Assembly (NCBI GenBank): GCA_951406725.2
Contig: OX597817.1
Location: 122,264,001-122,328,000 of the forward strand
DNA from: Octopus vulgaris
Taxonomy: Eukaryota
Direction: 5' to 3'
DNA: 64,000 nt
Shown: positions 1 through 12,833 of the stretch, in pieces
How the letters are laid out: each line of letters starts with the position of its first letter
Numbering within the stretch: position 1 is the first letter of the stretch
The notes under the pieces: generated by a model
Told to the model about the DNA's origin: nothing
The model's input: only the letters and a program-made list of their open reading frames with translations
Databases searched by the model: none
Position numbers and translations under genes: made by a program

Positions 1-86
1 ATTGGCTAACCCCATCACCTTAAAACTACCGGCCTTGTTTCAAAATTTAAAACAATTATAAGATCTCAATATAAGACAGTTATTTA

Positions 87-278
87 GGGTGGCAAACTAG
101 CAGAATTGTGAGCATGCCGGGCAAAATGCTTAGTGGTATTTCATCTGTCTTTATGTTCTGTGATAAAAAAATGCCGAGTTCGACTTTGCTTTTCACCCTT
201 TTGAGGTCAAAAAAATAAGTATCCGTTGAACACTGGAGCTAGATGTAATTGTTGGCCTTGTGTCAAAATTTGAAACCA
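87..278 (+). mobile_element. SINE family B, degenerate copy
   Basis: Aligns by eye to the younger copy at 9596-9826 (gcagaa..ttagca..gaaatgcttag..gactttgc.tttca.ccttt..ggtc..aagta). It has a different tail, ggccttgtgtcaaaatttgaaacc. Confidence 0.7.
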
Positions 279-514
279 AAATAAGGCTGATATTTAAATT
301 ATCCACAGATCAATGATTTACAAATTAGTTAAAGGATTCCATTGGATTATCTGAATCAACATCATCATAAACCCGTAGTCAATTGTTTGTATTAAAACTG
401 ATATGGTAATTAGTCTCTCAGGGACTCTGAAAAGAGACTATGAAGAAGGATATATTTCAGCATCATATAATTGTTGATTTACTAAAGAACCCCTCAGCAT
501 AGAAAATATATATA

Positions 515-1026
515 TCTATATATATAAAACTGTAGTTGTGTGAGTGTCTGTCTCCTACGATTTAGATTCCTAACTACTCCCACATTTTGCGGTGCAGTTT
601 AACCAAGTTCGGGTATCTTATAGTCGTGATTCATATCGAGCCCATCTGGCTATTAGTGCGCGTCTACGATGAGTCTACGATTTTAAAAATAATTTAACAT
701 CATTTTTTATTCCATTTTAATGCATAATTTTTCGTGTGTCGATGGCGGCAGAGTTGGCGTCCATGGTCGCACCTGCACCTGTTTGCTTCTCCCCTTCTTC
801 CCTCCCTCGTGAAGCTGTGGGAAAGGGAGTGTAAGCAAATCAACGTCGTAAAGCGTTGTCAAGGAGATCAGCGTTCTTTTAGAACAACGACTTCATGGCT
901 TGAAGACACCAAAACAGAAATGGCTAAGAAAGCCCGAATTGGCATCTATAAGGGAAGTAACTCTCTAAAAATGCTTATATAGTTATTTCCCTTACAAACC
1001 CGAGCAACGCCGGGCGATACTGCTAG
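515..1026 (+). mobile_element. Non-autonomous Helitron
   Basis: 5' TC(TATATATATAAA) directly after A514; subterminal hairpin cccg-a-gc-aac-gc-cggg at 999-1014; 3' CTAG at 1023-1026 followed by T (A|T target, no TSD). CpG-rich relative to the flanks. Confidence 0.85.
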
Positions 1027-3705
1027 TATATAATAAAATGAAATAAAAAGTAACTGAAGACTGCATTTTAAAGCAGGGTAGAAAGAGTTTTGTTGGCCTC
1101 AGTGCATGGCAATGTGGATAAGAAGTGCATTTCCCAGCCACAAGGAAAGTGTGTTTCCCAGCCACAATCCTACTACATGGCATTGGGTAGATCAATACTT
1201 TGTGATTGGAATTTTGCAAATGGAAACTGCTGAAATCTAATGTGTGTATTGAGTACATGTATATATGTGAGAGCATGCATTTGTGTACTTACATGTGTGT
1301 GTGTGTTTGTCTATGTGTGTGCATGTACCTTTCATCAATATATACCAGAAAAGAAAATAAATATTAGCAATGGGGAACAATGGTTGTTTTCAAATGAAGT
1401 CCATTGCAAGATTTGTTCCACACAATACAGAAACTCTGATGTCACTTTCACTATCAGAAATTCTGTAAACAAGTGATTGAAATGCTGCAAGCAAATAAAC
1501 CAAAGATAATATTGTTTACAAATTTTGCAACAAAATATATATTAACAGATACATAAATAAATGTATTAGATAATATTTGTAACAAAAAGGGATCACTTAT
1601 TGGGTATGTATCCATTGATCTTGACTGCCAAATATTCCTAAGAGAGTCATGGGTATAGAGTCCTCTGGCATCTCCTCTAAAAGGTCCTATCAGAAGCAAC
1701 CATCATTAAATTTTCCAGCTGGATTCACAAGCATAAACCAACTGAGATTATGGATATTATCTTCTGCCAGTTGGCTTGGCTTGAAGAATCTGCTTTGTGA
1801 TACTTTCCTGTGACATTCTAACCACATGTCTGTGGTACTGGAGTTGTGAACTCTCAATGCAAATTTGAGAAAAGTAGAGTCATATTTCCTAGAAATAGGC
1901 AAATACAGAATGATATAAGTGCAACTATAGCGATAAATTAAATGTCCTCAGTAGATTTAAGTAATCCATGTATGATCACATCAATATGTTATCATCAAGT
2001 GTATATAGTAAAGATAAACATTGTTTTGTTTCTTTTTAAAGGCTTAGGCTGAAGACGAAGGCCAACATCCAGGACTTTCTTCAGGAGGCTCTGTAACTTG
2101 TGGTAGCGAGGGATGAACTTATAATCATCAGGCTGTAGGCTTAACAGCATGGAATCCTCTTCTAAAAGTACCCAAGAAGCAGGTGGTGGTTGAATACAGT
2201 GTTACTTGTACTTAATTTACTGACTTTTGAGCCCTAAACAGAATGGACATCTTCAAGTTTTATTCATCATTGAAACAAATGTAGAGTTCCATGATATTCT
2301 ACTTCTGTATTTTCTTGACCACCGATTCTACTACCTTGAATAATATTTGAACTAAAAGTGGATCAAGGAACTCAAATGAGATCACATGATCTGCTAGAAA
2401 TAGCATAAAAATAGCATTCATATTACACCCTACCAACTTAAAAAGTTCTGGATATGACATTAATCCTGGGTGTGGCTTTAAACTGCATCTAGATGTGGTA
2501 CCCTGATTCAGGATTTCCAGGATTTTGAGGAGTGTGGAACCACCTCTTAGTCATTGCTGTTCCCAGATCAACTCTTGCCTAGAATTGTAGCACTTTTCAT
2601 ATTCCCAGCTATAGGTTAAAGAGTATACAATCACCTGTTGAAATCATTGAAATCATGGTGCATTGAAATCATGGGATGCAACATAGTGAATACGAACTAT
2701 CTTAGCAGATGAAGTGAATTAAGTGGAAGTCAATGACGAGGTTCAACTAGTTCAGTTAGCAAACTACTGTTATCATCTATCTCTAGTTGTGGTGTGTGCA
2801 GATGAGATATTTCAGCGAGTGAAAGACTGATGTGACGAAAACCCAGGCTTGGTGTTTAAGCCTCATCCCTTGATTACAACATCTGTTATAGAGAAATTAC
2901 ATTGGCCCAAGCAAGTTGCCAAACTGGATTGATTATCTTGAAAGTGGATGGATTAAATTGCTTGATGTACTTCTATATATGCAATGTTCAAGAAAAGGAA
3001 GATATGGTCCTGTCTAGAATACACTTGATTAAAGAACATCTCAATCAGGTCTGACCTTGGGCTAAATAAAAGTAATTATATATTTCAAAACCTTTTGGTT
3101 GACTAAATAACCTTTGATTTCTCAATAAAAGCCATATTTCTTCATCAAGTGATTGCAATACATCATTCTTCTAAAGATAACCAAAATGATACATCTATGA
3201 TTAATTAGCATAACATATCTATAAATCTTACATTGTTGTAATTATCATACCCAACTGTCCGTTGATGTATATCTAAATTACACAGAGAAAACTAACTTCC
3301 TTTTACCATCAGCAAGGTGCTTAAGAATTAGAGTGCATATAAAAGTAGAAACATCCTGTCTGATTCCAATTGATGTGGTAAATGTCAATAGATCTTATAG
3401 TAATTAGAGAGTGCAGTTATTCAAGTGGATGGATGGGAGATCCAAATATTTATGAAGCAGTAAAGGGGTATTCAATATAGCTGTGCACTTATTGGTTTCA
3501 GGATGCTGATAAATCTAACAAATAAATTATCCAAAGAACTTACCAAAGTAAACTAAATAAACATCTCACAAAATAATTTGCTATGTTAAAATCACCAAAA
3601 ATTATATATGGCCTTAAAACATTAGAAGAGAACATGTGCTTTATCTCTATCTCTCTATCTATCAATCTGTCTGTGTGTCTACTTATCTAACACTACCTCT
3701 CTCTT

Positions 3706-3947
3706 TATCTATCTATCTATCCGTTCATTCGAAGTCGAATCTCGGTTACTCGTTGGATCAGTGTCCTCCAGTGAGTTCTATCCTGGGCCACTTCTTTCAG
3801 ATTGGCTATGTCCATGCCTGTATCACTCTTGATGGTGTCAAGCCAGCAGGTTCTTGGTCGGCCTCTTCCTCTCTTGCCACTGACCATTCCGAGCATGATG
3901 TCCTTCTCCAGGGATTTTTTCCGCATAATATGACCGAAATATGCCAA
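3706..3947 (-). mobile_element. RTE/BovB-type LINE, 5'-truncated 3' end
   Basis: ORF 3717-3983 encodes LAYFGHIMRKKSLEKDIMLGMVSGKRGRGRPRTCWLDTIK..AQDRTHWRTLI, the typical RTE ORF C-terminus. The stop is immediately followed by an (ATAG)n tail. Confidence 0.9.
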
Positions 3948-4394
3948 TGGATGAAATTTGTCCTGTTTATAATTATACCACATTATACTTATATATACAT
4001 GATTATAATATATTTATACAGATATATTATATACAAATACATATGTATGAATATAATATATATTTGTGTTTGTGTGTGGATTTTTTTTTCAGAAAGCTAG
4101 GATGCTACATTGAAGGATCTTAGCAGATACCAGTACTTATTCTACCAGTTATTTTGCTGAACTAGTATGTTACAGGGGCACATATAAACCAACACCGGTA
4201 GTCAAGTGGATTAGGGCGGACTGACACAGACACAAAGTTGGTTGTTTGTTTCTCTGGAGACTGATGAGAAACCAATTAGGTTCGAAAATTGATTAAGGTT
4301 GTTGTTCATTTTTTCAGTTTGCGGAGAAATGGATAAAATTTGTCCTGTTTATAATTATACCATATGATACTTATATATACATGAATATAATATA
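3947..4394 (+). repeat. ~65-bp direct repeat (3947-4012 and 4329-4394), probable Penelope-like element terminus
   Basis: atggat[g/a]aaatttgtcctgtttataattatacca..t.atacttatatatacatga.tataata occurs twice; the second copy follows a hammerhead-like core at 4261. Confidence 0.6.
4261..4295 (+). ncRNA. Hammerhead-ribozyme-like core (incomplete, stem I absent)
   Basis: CUGAUGA 4261-4267; stem II GAA(A)CC/GGUUC; GAAA 4284-4287; near-palindromic AAUUGAUU, then UUA. Confidence 0.4.
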
Positions 4395-4526
4395 TATGTG
4401 TGTGTGTGTGTATGTATATATACAAATATAATATATATTTATACACAGACACAAATATAGTTAAAGATAATTAGCAGTATGTAAATGTTTATAATATATA
4501 TATGTGTGTGAATGAATGTATATATA

Positions 4527-4588
<62 letters not shown>

Positions 4589-5375
4589 AATGCACATATA
4601 TATGTATTCATACATATATATGCACAAAATCATATATACATATGAACATTTATATACACCCATATACCACATGTGCTTTTGTACCACACAAATACCTTCA
4701 CATATAGTTATATGTATACATGTGAATGTATAAGACTAGAAATATATTTCTCAAAATATAAATCCATAGGAAACTACAATGATGTAATCTCATTTAGTAA
4801 ATTAATATATTGTTGAACCATCAAGCAAATTTTCCAATCAAATTTTGATGGACCTCCTTGCAAGATATTTTAATTAATATCTTCTATGTTAAGTATCTCA
4901 TTATTTTCAAGTGGGAATATATCAGATATATTAAAATTAACTTGATAATGTTCTGCACTTTGTAATGAAGACTCATTCTACTTCTCTGTCTCTTTCTCTC
5001 TTTCTTATGTAACATTATTGCATAATATGATGTGTCCCATCACATATATTGTGGTTGGTGTTGACCTTCAGAAATGGGAAGAGAATCATGAAGCTTCCAA
5101 AATATCAATTTTACTGTGAGGAATATTCTGTTCTTTTGACTGGACTCAACCAGTTGGCTTACTACTTAGTGAGAAGAGTTTACTGAAAGTGGTAGCTTAG
5201 TGATTCAGAAGTATATCTTTAGGAACAGAAAAGTATAAACAACAACAACAACAGCAGTAGAAAAATGGGAATACGAAATATTCAAGCCAGGGAGAGGGAT
5301 TTGTAGTACGTGGCCACATGGCTCATGAAGAATAGCAGTGAAAAAACATAGAACATGTTGACAAATGTAATCTAA

Positions 5376-5409
<34 letters not shown>

Positions 5410-5619
5410 AGTGGCTATATATGTAGGCACAAGTATATCTGTGTGCTAAGATAATTGCTTCCCAACTAGTCAACTAGTCCTACTGCGTGGCACCTTGGCC
5501 AAATGTCTTTTACTGTAGCCCTATATACATACAAAATTCAAATAAGTTATCATTATCTTTTTAAAAAATGATAAAATGGCCAGCAAACATAATCCAACTT
5601 GGCAAAATATATATTAAAA

Positions 5620-6262
5620 GTCAGTGTACAAAGTTCAAAGATCATGCTTCACCACCTCATCCCACAGGTTCCCTCCACAGACATCAGCACTTCTTTACAT
5701 AGCTGTCCTCATTCATATGCATCCATAACTATACCAGCACAGACGTCTCTCTTGCACAATAAATCTGATTTCTCTTATGCCTAACTTTTCTCTCAAGATG
5801 CTTACACTCTGTCAAACATGTACACTGACATTGCACATTCAGTGAAGCATACTGACTTCATTTCTTTCAAGCCTACACATGTCCTCGGCTGTCATAGCCC
5901 ATGTTTCATTGCCATGCAGCATAGCTGCTCACACACAGGCATCAAACAATCTGCCTTTGACCCTGAGAGAAAGGTCCTTTGTTGCCAGCAGAGGTAAGCG
6001 CTCTCTGAACTTTGCCCAGCCTAATCTTATTTTTAGAGCTATGCTCTTGGAACAACTACCTCCCCTACTAACGTAATCACTTAGATAACGAAAGCTATCT
6101 ACTACCTTTAGCTTGCCCCTCTGGCAGCTGATGAAGTCTATTTTCTGCCCATTTTCAGTGTTTATTGTACATTTGCATCTTTCACATACAAAAGCTAGTT
6201 TCCCTGTTAACATTCCTCTGACGTTGCTGCACCTTTTATGTGTCCAAAGCTTACACTGGGTG

Positions 6263-6263
<1 letters not shown>
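5620..6263 (-). mobile_element. RTE-clade LINE fragment (RT C-terminal half, decayed)
   Basis: Translates TQCKLWTHKRCSNV..FVCERC..LKVVDSFRYLSD..KIRLGWAKFRE..SLRVKGRLFDACV*AAMLHGNETWA..RLERNE..VQERRLCWY..WDEVVKHDL, with stops and frameshifts. Confidence 0.9.
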
Positions 6264-6339
<76 letters not shown>

Positions 6340-6504
6340 TATATAACACACATATAAAACTGATGAATAACGTTTAAGTTTACAACAATTATTAATTATT
6401 CTGCTGGATGTATTTTTGTATATATGTATGTATGTACATATGTATGAATCTATGTATGTATCTGTGTATGTGTGTATATATGCGTGATTATGTGTTTGCA
6501 TCTT

Positions 6505-6752
6505 CTTGTCTTAACATCATGTGGTAATTGTAATTGTAAATGAGTGTTTCTGTTATACAATCACTGCACTGGGCATTCCTTTCCAGTATTCTGCAAGAAC
6601 ATGTTTAGCTATGGAGAAATATTAGCTTGCACAGAAATAGGTGAGGAGTGGTGACTGAAAGGGTTGTGGGTTGTGGGTTGTGGGAAATCTTACTCAAATA
6701 AATGCCATCGGGCCTATACATGCATGGAAAAGAGGATGTTAAATGATGATGA
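6505..6752 (+). mobile_element. (GAT)n-tailed retroposon tail, degenerate
   Basis: Homologous to 23240-23446 and 41535-41765; ends catggaaaagaggatgttaaatgatgatga. Confidence 0.6.
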
Positions 6753-6759
6753 CGTATAA

Positions 6760-7120
6760 TGTGTATGTGTGTGTATTTGTGTGCCTTGTGTTTGTGTGTG
6801 TGTGAGTGTGTGTGTGTTTGTATGTGTGTCTGAGTGTATGTGAGTGAATGTGTGTGCGTTTTTAAGTGCATGTGTGCTTATGTGTGTATTTGAGTATATG
6901 CGTGTGTTTGTATGTCTGAGTGTGCATGTTTGTGAGCATGTGTACGTTTATGTTTGTGCGCGAGTGTGTGTATGAGTGTGAATGTGTGTGTTTGTGAATG
7001 AGTGTGTGTGTTTATGTGTGTGGGTGCATGTTTGTGTGAGAATGTGTGTGTGTGCATGTGCGAGTGCAAGTGCGTGTATGTGTTGTGTGTGCGTGTGTGT
7101 GTGTCTGTGTGTGTGTGTGT
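6760..7120. repeat. Imperfect (TG)n microsatellite tract
   Basis: Direct inspection. Confidence 0.95.
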
Positions 7121-8004
7121 AAAAAGGGGTGGTGTGCTTTGTTCGTAGGCCTGCTACATGGTGTGTTGAATTAACGATGAAGAACAACAATAACAGCAAT
7201 AGTAGACAGAAACGAGGAGGAAAGAGAGCACTGTGAAATATTAGTTTACAAATATTAATTAACGAATTACAAAATTTTTCCTCTAAAAATTTAGGATGAA
7301 AAACAATAGATCGGTTTTTGAGAAAGATTTTTCAGAAGTAACAAATGTAACCGATTGGACTGAGACATCTTAAATAATAAAGTAGGATAAGAAAAACAGA
7401 AAAGAAGACATCAGATTTATGAAGAAGCTACAAAGACAGAACAGGTATTTAACTGAGCAATGCTGTGGTATATCAAACAAGTTTTATGTTCGGGAATAAA
7501 ATACCATATGAACTACATTTTGTAAAGACTATTGATAGCAAATCCTTGAATACAAAGAAGATAATAAAACACTGAAGTACTGGAGTGCTATTAATGCATT
7601 CTTCAGTTCTTCTGTTTGATTTATCTTTTAGTGCTACAGCCATGATGGAGTACTGTCTTACTTATATAAATATAGAAAACAGGTAGGAAAGTTATTCTGT
7701 CTTCATAAAAGAATATAAACTCTAAGACACATGAAATTTATAAATATATAAAAGGCATAACATCAAGAGGCATGAGAGGTGAAGATAGATATATTTTGCC
7801 GTATGACTTCTATATGAATTCTGCCATCTCATAACTTTCTTCTTGTAATATCAATTTCAGTATGTAAATATTAGATGTTGATATTTGCATCAATATGTAT
7901 ACTCAGCATTATTACACAATACAATTGTATATTCACAAATTAAGTCAAATAAAGAAAGGTAACTTATATATATATATATATATATATATATAGGAATTTG
8001 TATT

Positions 8005-8037
<33 letters not shown>

Positions 8038-8440
8038 GTGCATATGTGTTACTAATTAACCATATTCACAAAAACAGCTACAAGAGATTGGTATCAATAA
8101 TTCAGTAACTAACTCATTTTGTCATTGTGATTAAAGAGATGAGAATTTAGTTGATACATAATTAGTTTAGCAAACAGACAGTGTAGCTGTAATTACTAAT
8201 TAACAAAAATAGAAAAAAAAAAACTAAACTGATATCGAAGTTTGTAACAAAATGAAAATGAACAAGATTTCTTATATCTGAGTACAGACATCCACCAGCA
8301 TCAGCACCAGCATATGATAATTTATATCTCTGTAGACTTTCTTGTGCATTGTGAAATAATATAGTGGATTATGGATGAATTTGAAATTATTAAAACAATA
8401 TGCTTACATGAGTATGCTCGTATGTATGTATATATACATA

Positions 8441-8853
8441 CTCTTTACTCTTTTACTTGTTTCAGTCATTTGACTGTGGCCATGCTGGAGCACCGCCTTT
8501 AGTCGAGCAAATCGACCCCAGGACTTATTCTTTGTAAGCGTAGCACTTATTCTATCAGTCTTTTTTGCCTAACTGCTAAGTTACGGGTATGTAAACACAC
8601 CAGCATCGGTTGTCAAGCATTGTTGGGGGAGACAAATACAGACACACAAACATATGCACACACATACATGTATATATATATACATATATACGATGAGCTT
8701 CTTTCAATTTCCGTCTACCAAATCCACTCACAAGACTTTGGTCGGCCCGAGGCTACAGTAGAAGACACTTGCCTAAGGTGCCACGCAGTGGGAATGAACA
8801 CGCAACCATGTGGTTGGTAAGCAAGCTATTTACCACACAGCCACTCATGCGCC
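8441..8853 (-). mobile_element. SINE family A, full length (tRNA head + CORE-like domain + internal microsatellite + tail)
   Basis: Minus strand reads a head ggcgcatgagtggctgtgtggtaa.., CORE-like caccttaggcaagtgtcttc, a central (TA)/(TG) tract and tail ..cagtcaaatgactgaaacaagtaaaagag. More than ten full or partial copies occur in the window. Confidence 0.9.
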
Positions 8854-9000
8854 TTATGTACATACGTATAATAAAAATGCAGCATAGGAGAAAAACAAGA
8901 AAATGTATGCACAGTGGACAAGGACATATTCAATCCCTCATCAGTTATTGACCAAATATCACACACTCACACACACACATGCACACACACATATGTATAT

Positions 9001-9230
9001 CATTATCATCATCATCCTCATCATAATCATCATCATCCTTTAAAGCCTGTTTTCCATGCTGGCATGAGTTGGACAGTTTGACAGGATCTGGTGAGCTGTA
9101 AGTGTCAGTATCAGCTTTCATATGATTTCTATGATAGGATAACCTTTCTTACATCAACCAATTTACAGAGTGTACTGGATGCTTTTTTTTTTGTTTGGTT
9201 CCACCTGTACTAGTGAAGTTGCCAAGTAAA
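9001..9230 (-). mobile_element. Family C (GAT)n-tailed retroposon, degenerate
   Basis: (CAT)n followed by tttccatgctggcatgagttggacagtttgac, homologous to 20294-20665. Confidence 0.7.
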
Positions 9231-9595
9231 ATTTCAATATGAAACAAGAACATGGAAAGGAAGAAAAGGCACCCTCCCCTTTACTAAGAGGGGAGTATTG
9301 GAGAGAGGAAAGTGGAGGTGGGTGCCTCTATGCCAGTGTCACACTGTTGAGGAGATACATGGCTGAAGGAGATAAAAGAAAGGTAGTGTTGGGGTGCTAG
9401 AGCAAACTCTAAAGTTACAAGAGTGTGAGCATGAAAGAGGGGATACAAACAGTGGGTCATTAGAAGGGATAATGAGAAAGTCGATACTTTCATAAGAGTA
9501 TTAGTGCGGGGGTAACAAATGGTTAAAGATGAGAGTGAAAGTGAAGATAGTGAGTAATGAACAAGTGTAGAGATCCTATTGCAGGGAAATAACAA

Positions 9596-10195
9596 GGCGG
9601 TGAGCTGGCAGAAACGTTAGCACGCCAGGCGAAATGCTTAGCGGTATTTCGTCTGCCGTTACGTTCTGAGTTCAAATTCTGCCGAAGTCGACTTTGTCTT
9701 TCATCCTTTCGGGGTCGATAAATTAAGTACCAGTTACGCACTGGGGTCGATAAAATCGACTTAATCCGTTTGTCTGTCCTTGTTTGTCCTCTCTGTGTTT
9801 AGCCCCTTGTAGGTAGTAAAGAAATAGGTATTTCATCTGCCGTTACGTTCTGAGTTCAAATTCTGCCGAAGTCGACTTTGTCTTTCATCCTTTCGGGGTC
9901 GATAAATTAAGTACCAGTTATGCACTGGGGTCGATAAAATCGACTTAATCCGTTTGTCTGTCCTTGTTTGTCCTCTCTGTGTTTAGCCCCTTGTGGGTAG
10001 TAAAGAAATAGGTATTTCATCTGCCGTTACGTTCTGAGTTCAAATTCTGCCGAGGTTGACTTTGTCTTTCATCCTTTCGGGGTCGATAAATTAAGTACCA
10101 GTTATGCACTGGGGTCAATGTAATCGACTTAACACCTTTGTCTGTCCTTGTTTGTCCCCTCTCTGTTCAGCCCCTTGTGGGCAATAAAGAAATAA
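9596..10195 (+). mobile_element. SINE family B, one head plus three 184-bp tandem bodies, 10-bp TSD
   Basis: Units start with ggtatttc at 9643, 9827 and 10011. TSD ggaaataaca at 9585-9594 and 10196-10205. Confidence 0.9.
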
Positions 10196-10524
10196 GGAAA
10201 TAACAGAATGGAGAGGGAGAGGTGAGCAATGTAGGAGTGGCTTTGGAAGGAGGAGTTCATCAAAAGAGTAGTAGGATGGTGTGCAAGGTGTATCTAGCTA
10301 TTATCATGCATCACTTACTATAACCTTGATGTACCTCCACAGTAGTGGAGTGGGGGCTCTAGTGGTAGATAGAGGCTAGAGTAAATAAGGCATGATGATA
10401 GATATGAAGGGGCATTGAGAATGATAGCAGATAAGAGAGATGTGTTAAGAATGGAGTGTAGCAGAGGGAAAAGAGAGAGAAAGTGAAAGAACATTGACTG
10501 AAAACATAAAAACATAGCATGAAG

Positions 10525-10572
<48 letters not shown>

Positions 10573-10578
10573 TATGTA

Positions 10579-10628
<50 letters not shown>

Positions 10629-11052
10629 TATGTATCTATATATATATATATATATGCATATGTATGTATGTATGTATATATATATATGTATATGTATGTA
10701 TGTATTCACACACACACACGTCTATATGCAAAATGTTTACATATATATATATAGTTCCTGATTCCTAACTACAAAATTCTTCATCTCCATTATAGAATGT
10801 AATCAACTTTAAGCTATTAGCCTATTAGCCGGATATAGGATCTGGCTATAAGCTATTATAACTTCATTGTACATCAGACATTGCTCTCAGCTTTACCAAA
10901 TAAAATATCATAAGCATGACAAACCATTTTTTAAAGGAATGAAAAGACACACACACACATCTATGTAGAGAGAAAAAGAAAGATATATGAAAACACACAT
11001 GTGTACACACAGATACATGCATACTTTTATACACATGCACACACATATATAA

Positions 11053-11095
<43 letters not shown>

Positions 11096-11853
11096 CATAT
11101 GTAAGTTTCTATGTATGTATGTATGTATTTATGTGTGTGTATGTGTATGCACGTGTGGTAATAACGAATCTGTGACAATTGGCAATGAGGATGCAGTTTC
11201 TAGTCGGTAAAATAATGTGCTACTGTATTGTTATGTAAGGGTCTGAGTATTCCACACTACATGTACTTGTTCATTAACAAGGCAACCAATAGTTTCACGT
11301 GAAAGGATCTTCACAATTGTTCAAGTGTAACATGCGGAAGGGTTAGTACTTGTCTCTATTTTGGATGAGAATTATATTAGCATATATATCATCAAAATGC
11401 TGGCATGGCTGGACATTTTGGCAAGCGAGAGAGCTGTATGTGTCTCCAGTTGTCTGTTTTTGCATGATTTCTACAGCTGGTTACCTTTCCTAACACCATT
11501 TCTTTGTGTTCTTTATTCACTCCAACACCACTTGATAATTGGTGTCAGTTTCCCTATGCCTCCCATAATTTAGTAGTGTTGCAAAAGAGACTGGCAAAAA
11601 GAGACAGGCTCAAAAAATTTAGTACTGGGTCAAATTGCTCAAAATAACCTTACAAGATGGTGCCCTAGCATGGCCACAGTTCAACGACTGAAAGAAGTAG
11701 ATGATAAAAGATAACAGGTAATTTAACAACTTTTGTCTCACATATGTAAATATAAAAAAGTGAACATGAAAATGATGATGATGAAATCATGACGACAATG
11801 ATGATATTGATGATGATGATGATGATGGGAATGTTGATATTGATGATGATGAT

Positions 11854-12245
11854 GTGGCTGTGTGGTAAGACACTTCCATCCTAACCACATGGTTCTGGGT
11901 TCAATCCCATTGCATGACGCCTCGATTGACCAAAGCGTTGTGAGTGAATTTGGTAGACAGAAGCTGAAAGAAGCCTGTCATGTATATATATATGTAATTG
12001 TGTATGTATATATATCTATGTGTATGTGTCTTCGTGTCTGTGTTTGTCCCTCCGTCACCATTTCACAACTGGTGTTGGTGTGTTTACATACCTGTAACTT
12101 AGCAGTTTGGCAAAAAGACCAATAGAATAAGTATGAGGCTTAAAATACAAGTCCTTGAGTCGATATGTTCAACTAAAACCCCTCGAGGTGATGCTGCAGC
12201 ATGGCCACAGTCAAATGACTGAAACAAATAAAAGAATAAAAGAAT
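11854..12245 (+). mobile_element. SINE family A, near full length
   Basis: gtggctgtgtggtaag..gggttcaatcccat.. through ..catggccacagtcaaatgactgaaacaaataaaagaat. Confidence 0.85.
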
Positions 12246-12302
12246 ATCTATTCATGAGTATATGTTCCTGTACGTGTTGTTCCATTGTATTATTTATTAA
12301 CA

Positions 12303-12833
12303 TAGGAGATCTGATCAATAAGTATCCGGACTGTTGCCATAGTAACGAAGCTAAAGCACACACAGGGAAGCTGCTCATTACAGATTGACCTTGACCTCTG
12401 CTGTGCATGCAGCTGTGAGGAGAAATCATCAAATCACCATCCATGAGTTATCAGAGGACTTGCAGTTTAATTATGGTTCAGTTTAATCCATCACCACTAA
12501 AGATTTGGGTATGAGACGTGTGTCTGCTAGGTTTTTGGTAAAACTGCTTTCAGCTGACCAAAAGGACACTTGGGTTTCAGTTGCACGAGATCTCCTTGAT
12601 TGTATCGAAAACGCTGAAAACTTTTTGAAAACTTTGAGTAGACTTCTGAGCTGGTATTGCGAAGCTTTTGACAAAATTTGATGCAGATTCTCTGCTCAAC
12701 TTTCTCATGGTCAAATGCGGTGTATGCACAGCAGAGTTTACAGTCAATCTGTGTTAACTGGTTTTACTCTGCATTCCTTAGCTTTGTTGCTATATCAATA
12801 TTCCGAATACTTATTGATGAGGATGAACTGTAC
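12303..12833 (+). mobile_element. Mariner deletion derivative with transposase remnant
   Basis: Imperfect TIRs (atcaataagtatccggactgttgccatagtaacgaagctaa / ttagctttgttgctatatcaatattccgaatacttattgat). Internal frame QITIHELSEDLQFNYGSV*SITTKDLGMRRVSARFLVKLLSADQK..ENFLK matches the mariner HTH-linker region. Confidence 0.85.

Noticed and set aside
734-982. 82-aa ORF
   Set aside because: Lies inside the non-autonomous Helitron and has no Rep/helicase motifs.
2450-2930. Old repeat-like sequence, possibly RTE-related
   Set aside because: No second copy in the window and no convincing translation.
9643-10194. Regular repeats resembling a CRISPR array or satellite
   Set aside because: No unique spacers; these are tandem SINE bodies in eukaryotic DNA.
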